A DNA stretch of 38,013 nt from contig JAFXJW010000026.1 of NCBI GenBank assembly GCA_017532045.1, positions 1 through 38,013 on the forward strand, written 5' to 3'. A program made the translations under genes and the position numbers. The notes under the pieces are model-generated. The model did no database searches. It saw nothing but the letters and a program-made list of their open reading frames with translations, and had not been told where the DNA came from. Positions 36,132 through 38,013 of the stretch are shown here, one piece after another (positions within the stretch are counted from its first letter, which is position 1; every line of letters starts with the position of its first letter). The DNA comes from Clostridia bacterium. Lineage in GTDB: Bacteria > Bacillota > Clostridia > Oscillospirales > CAG-272.

Positions 36132-36479
36132 ATGGAACTTTCTCAACGTGAATTTTTACGAAAACTTGGAAAAGAAATATGCGCGGCACGCAAACGGCTG
36201 AATATGAGTCAGGAAGAGCTTGCGGAAAAAGCCGATTTGTCGGTAACATATATTAGTAAGATAGAGTGTGGGCATAGAAATTTCAGTGTTCATACAATGG
36301 CAAAAATAGCGCAAGTATTAGAACTCCCACAATACAAAATGATAGAAGTTACTTGTTGTGAAAAATATAATGAACTACTCAAAGAAATATTCAAGGAATA
36401 TTCCTTCGATGAAATAGAGGATATTGCTCAAATACTTCAATCCATTAATAGGTTGATTGTAAAAAGACCGCTTAAATAA
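36132..36479 (+). CDS. XRE-family helix-turn-helix regulator
   Basis: GAGGT RBS; LGKEI...RKRLNMSQEELAEKADLSVTYISKIECG.RN.S; AT-rich codon usage. Confidence 0.92.
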   Translation: MELSQREFLRKLGKEICAARKRLNMSQEELAEKADLSVTYISKIECGHRNFSVHTMAKIAQVLELPQYKMIEVTCCEKYNELLKEIFKEYSFDEIEDIAQILQSINRLIVKRPLK

Positions 36480-36483
36480 GCGT

Positions 36484-36522
36484 CGGGATACATCTTTTTT
36501 AGGTGTATCCCGCTATTTTTTT
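36484..36522 (+). terminator. Terminator after the XRE gene
   Basis: cgggatacatct-tttt-aggtgtatcccg followed by ctattttttt. Confidence 0.8.
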
Positions 36523-36696
36523 GCATACTTGCCATATCGTTCAAGCACCAGCCACATCGTTTATTTCAAGTTCCCGCTATTTATTATAAAATATTATTTT
36601 GTGGTATAAAACTCTGTCTGTATCTGCGGTTTTAGGATTATTCGCAAATATTTGGTAAAATAATAATACCAATACCTAACGCAAGGAGAGTGTTTT

Positions 36697-37536
36697 ATGA
36701 AAAGGATTTTAGAACCAAAGAAAATGCAGGAATTTGAATTCCATTTAAGAAACGAGGAAAGGAGCGCGGCAACGATTGAAAAATATATGCGAGACGTAAG
36801 AGGCTTTGCGGCATTTGTCGGTGACGCGGAAATCGACAAGCAGAAAGTGCTTGACTACAAAAGTAAACTTGGCGAGACTTATGCGGTGGCAAGCGCAAAT
36901 TCTATGCTCGCGGCAATGAACTGCTTTCTTCGCTTCTGCGGTTGGCACGATCTGTGCGTCAAACAGTTCAAAATGCAAAGAGAAGTTTACTGCTCGGAGG
37001 AAAAGGAACTGACCCGTGCGGAATATATTCGGTTGCTTGATGCTGCAAATGCCAAGCACAATGAACGGCTCAATCTGATTATCCAGACGATCTGCGGAAC
37101 GGGGATCCGTGTAAGTGAGCTGCAATATATCACCGTGGAAGCGTTACACAACGGTGAGGCAATCGTAAACTGTAAAGGCAAGAACAGACGTGTGTTTATC
37201 GTCCCCGAGCTAAAGAAAAAACTGCTCCGTTACGTGAAGGAGCAGGGAATTAGTGCCGGAACGGTATTCGTTACAAGGGGCGGAAAGCCCATAAGCAGGC
37301 ACAGCATTTGGAAGGATATGAAGGCACTGTGCGAACAGGCGAACGTATCGCCGAGCAAGGTCTTTCCTCACAATCTTCGCCACCTATTCGCCCGCACCTT
37401 TTACGGCATTGAAAAGGATATTGCCAAGCTCGCAGATATACTCGGACACGCAAGCATCAATACGACACGCATTTATATCGTTACAACCGGCGCGGAACAC
37501 AAGCGCAAGATGGAGCATATGAGGCTCATCATATAA
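36697..37536 (+). CDS. Tyrosine recombinase (short, Xer/FimB-like, no arm-binding domain)
   Basis: AAGGAG RBS; SAM-like N-terminus (ERSAATIEKY.RD); intact catalytic set TGIRVSEL, KGK, HNLRH, LGH, TTRIY. Confidence 0.95.
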   Translation: MKRILEPKKMQEFEFHLRNEERSAATIEKYMRDVRGFAAFVGDAEIDKQKVLDYKSKLGETYAVASANSMLAAMNCFLRFCGWHDLCVKQFKMQREVYCSEEKELTRAEYIRLLDAANAKHNERLNLIIQTICGTGIRVSELQYITVEALHNGEAIVNCKGKNRRVFIVPELKKKLLRYVKEQGISAGTVFVTRGGKPISRHSIWKDMKALCEQANVSPSKVFPHNLRHLFARTFYGIEKDIAKLADILGHASINTTRIYIVTTGAEHKRKMEHMRLII

Positions 37537-37576
37537 AAGAAAAAATCCCGATGCGAACACACCGAGACCGACAGCA

Positions 37577-37656
37577 ACATAACGAGAGTTATGTCGCCTT
37601 CAAAATAACATAACGAGAGTTATGTCGCCTTCAAAATAACATAACGAGAGTTATGT
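37577..37656 (+). repeat. 31-bp tandem repeat carrying three copies of ACATAAC-gaga-GTTATGT (putative left crossover sites)
   Basis: Identical 18-mers at 37577, 37608 and 37639 separated by an identical 13-mer cgccttcaaaata. Confidence 0.92.
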
Positions 37657-37713
37657 GGTTAAAAAGTGGGAATCGTTACCAAATTCGCTTTGATGCGAAC
37701 AAAAAAGAGCACA

Positions 37714-37768
37714 ACAAAAAGCCTTTCGCCGTAATTTTTTTTAAAAAAAGTACGAAAGGCGTTTTTGT
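37714..37768. terminator. Hairpin inside the putative invertible segment
   Basis: acaaaaa-gcctttcg...cgaaaggc-g-tttttgt with an inner T8/A7 stem. Confidence 0.6.
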
Positions 37769-37833
37769 CACGCAATTTTTTAAATAATATTTAATAAATT
37801 TATCTTGTCAGCCTATAAATTTTGCCAAACCTA

Positions 37834-37862
37834 TTGATTTTTAAGCGTCTTTGTGGTATAAT
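37834..37862 (+). promoter_or_regulatory. sigma-A-type promoter inside the putative invertible segment, pointing right
   Basis: TTGATT-17bp-TATAAT with extended -10 TG. Confidence 0.78.
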
Positions 37863-37900
37863 TCCTATGTATCTGAAAAAAATATCGGATATCTAATATC

Positions 37901-37918
37901 ACATAACTCTCGTTATGT
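37901..37918 (-). repeat. Inverted copy of the 18-bp site (putative right crossover site)
   Basis: ACATAAC-tctc-GTTATGT is the exact reverse complement of ACATAAC-gaga-GTTATGT. Confidence 0.92.
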
Positions 37919-38013
37919 CGCTTTATTAGTCTTAGTGAATTGTACCCGTTCATAAAAAACAGAATCCTACTCAGATAGGAATTTTTTTAGGAAGCCGGTG
38001 TAGCGTTCACTAA

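Noticed and set aside
36132-36479. Restriction-modification controller (C protein)
   Set aside because: Generic XRE similarity only; no R-M genes or clear C-box in the window
37577-37656. Mini-CRISPR interpretation of the 31-bp repeats
   Set aside because: Spacers are identical and only 13 bp, repeats are 18 bp, no cas genes; an inverted distal copy and adjacent recombinase explain it better

Overview
GC-rich chromosomal window from a spore-forming Clostridia-like Firmicute (inferred from gene content, AGGAGG RBSs and sigma-A/sigma-E-like promoters). Left to right it holds: an IS200/IS605-type right end; an acidic PETT-linker lipoprotein followed by a CD1871A-motif membrane protein and a 4Fe-4S/TlpA fusion; an ORF-free interval with two divergent promoter-to-hairpin units (candidate sRNAs); a cation:proton antiporter; a ROK-like protein head-to-head with RNase P RNA (rnpB); mixed housekeeping and sporulation genes with two REP-like palindromic elements; a minus-strand operon (double YwaF/TMEM164-like protein, ABC exporter, two Ig-repeat surface proteins); a GNAT remnant and CPBP protease; an L-fucose uptake/isomerisation locus (fucU, AraC, ABC importer, fucI); and an AT-rich island with truncated IS200 tnpA, an XRE regulator and a tyrosine recombinase. 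The strongest candidate system is at the right edge: the recombinase is followed by three tandem copies of an 18-bp quasi-palindromic site and, about 245 bp further on, one inverted copy, enclosing a terminator-like hairpin and a near-consensus promoter, i.e. a probable invertible-promoter switch with a triplicated left crossover site. All family assignments are by motif recognition from reading, not from database searches.
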